Under the pieces are notes generated by a model, which did no database searches, was not told the DNA's origin, and saw only the letters and a list, made by a program, of their open reading frames with translations. This document shows, one piece after another, positions 63,979-64,000 of a stretch of 64,000 bases of DNA (positions within the stretch are counted from its first letter, which is position 1; each line of letters opens with the position of its first letter). Source of the stretch: Gammaproteobacteria bacterium (GTDB lineage Bacteria > Pseudomonadota > Gammaproteobacteria > JBCCGL01); the NCBI GenBank assembly GCA_965277715.1, contig OZ255836.1, positions 288,001-352,000 of the forward strand, read 5' to 3'. A program made the translations under genes and the position numbers.

Positions 63979-64000
63979 GCCTACGAATGGAGAATCAATG

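Larger units (their letters stand above)
54355..64000 (+). mobile_element. Integron gene-cassette array, at least 14 cassettes, continuing beyond the window
   Basis: 14 attC sites, same-strand single-ORF units, stop codons at or near R''; next ATG at 63998. Confidence 0.96.

Overview
Chromosomal window of a motile gammaproteobacterium. GC-rich housekeeping blocks alternate with AT-rich, IS-riddled accessory blocks. Core genes: a flagellar block (fleR-fliEFGHIJ, 1-6794), an AddB/AddA-like nuclease-helicase pair (17.2-23.3 kb), a PotD/A/B/C-type ABC importer, a GlxA-family regulator divergent from a CaiB/BaiF CoA-transferase, and yebC-ruvCAB-ybgC-tolQRAB-pal-cpoB ending in tRNA-Lys(TTT). Accessory block 1 (6.8-17.1 kb) is a decaying region with two VapBC-type TA pairs (one frameshifted), IS1595/IS5/IS3 relics, and remnants of WD40, MnmE, carbamoyltransferase and Rpn genes. 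Accessory block 2 runs from tRNA-Lys to the window end. It holds a nested IS pile-up (IS4, IS21, IS3, IS66, IS5), yefM-yoeB and an ArdC-like remnant, then an integron with an inactivated intI (nonsense codon plus C-terminal truncation). The integron has a putative attI overlapped by a perfect hairpin and at least 14 cassettes, and continues past the window. Its attC sites are very heterogeneous (49-115 bp), including an unusually short 49-bp site. Most cassette genes are intact and of unknown function, and many are envelope-targeted; others encode an MBL-fold hydrolase, a cupin, a YjaA-like protein and an MNT-HEPN fusion. All family calls come from motif recognition by eye; no database searches were run.
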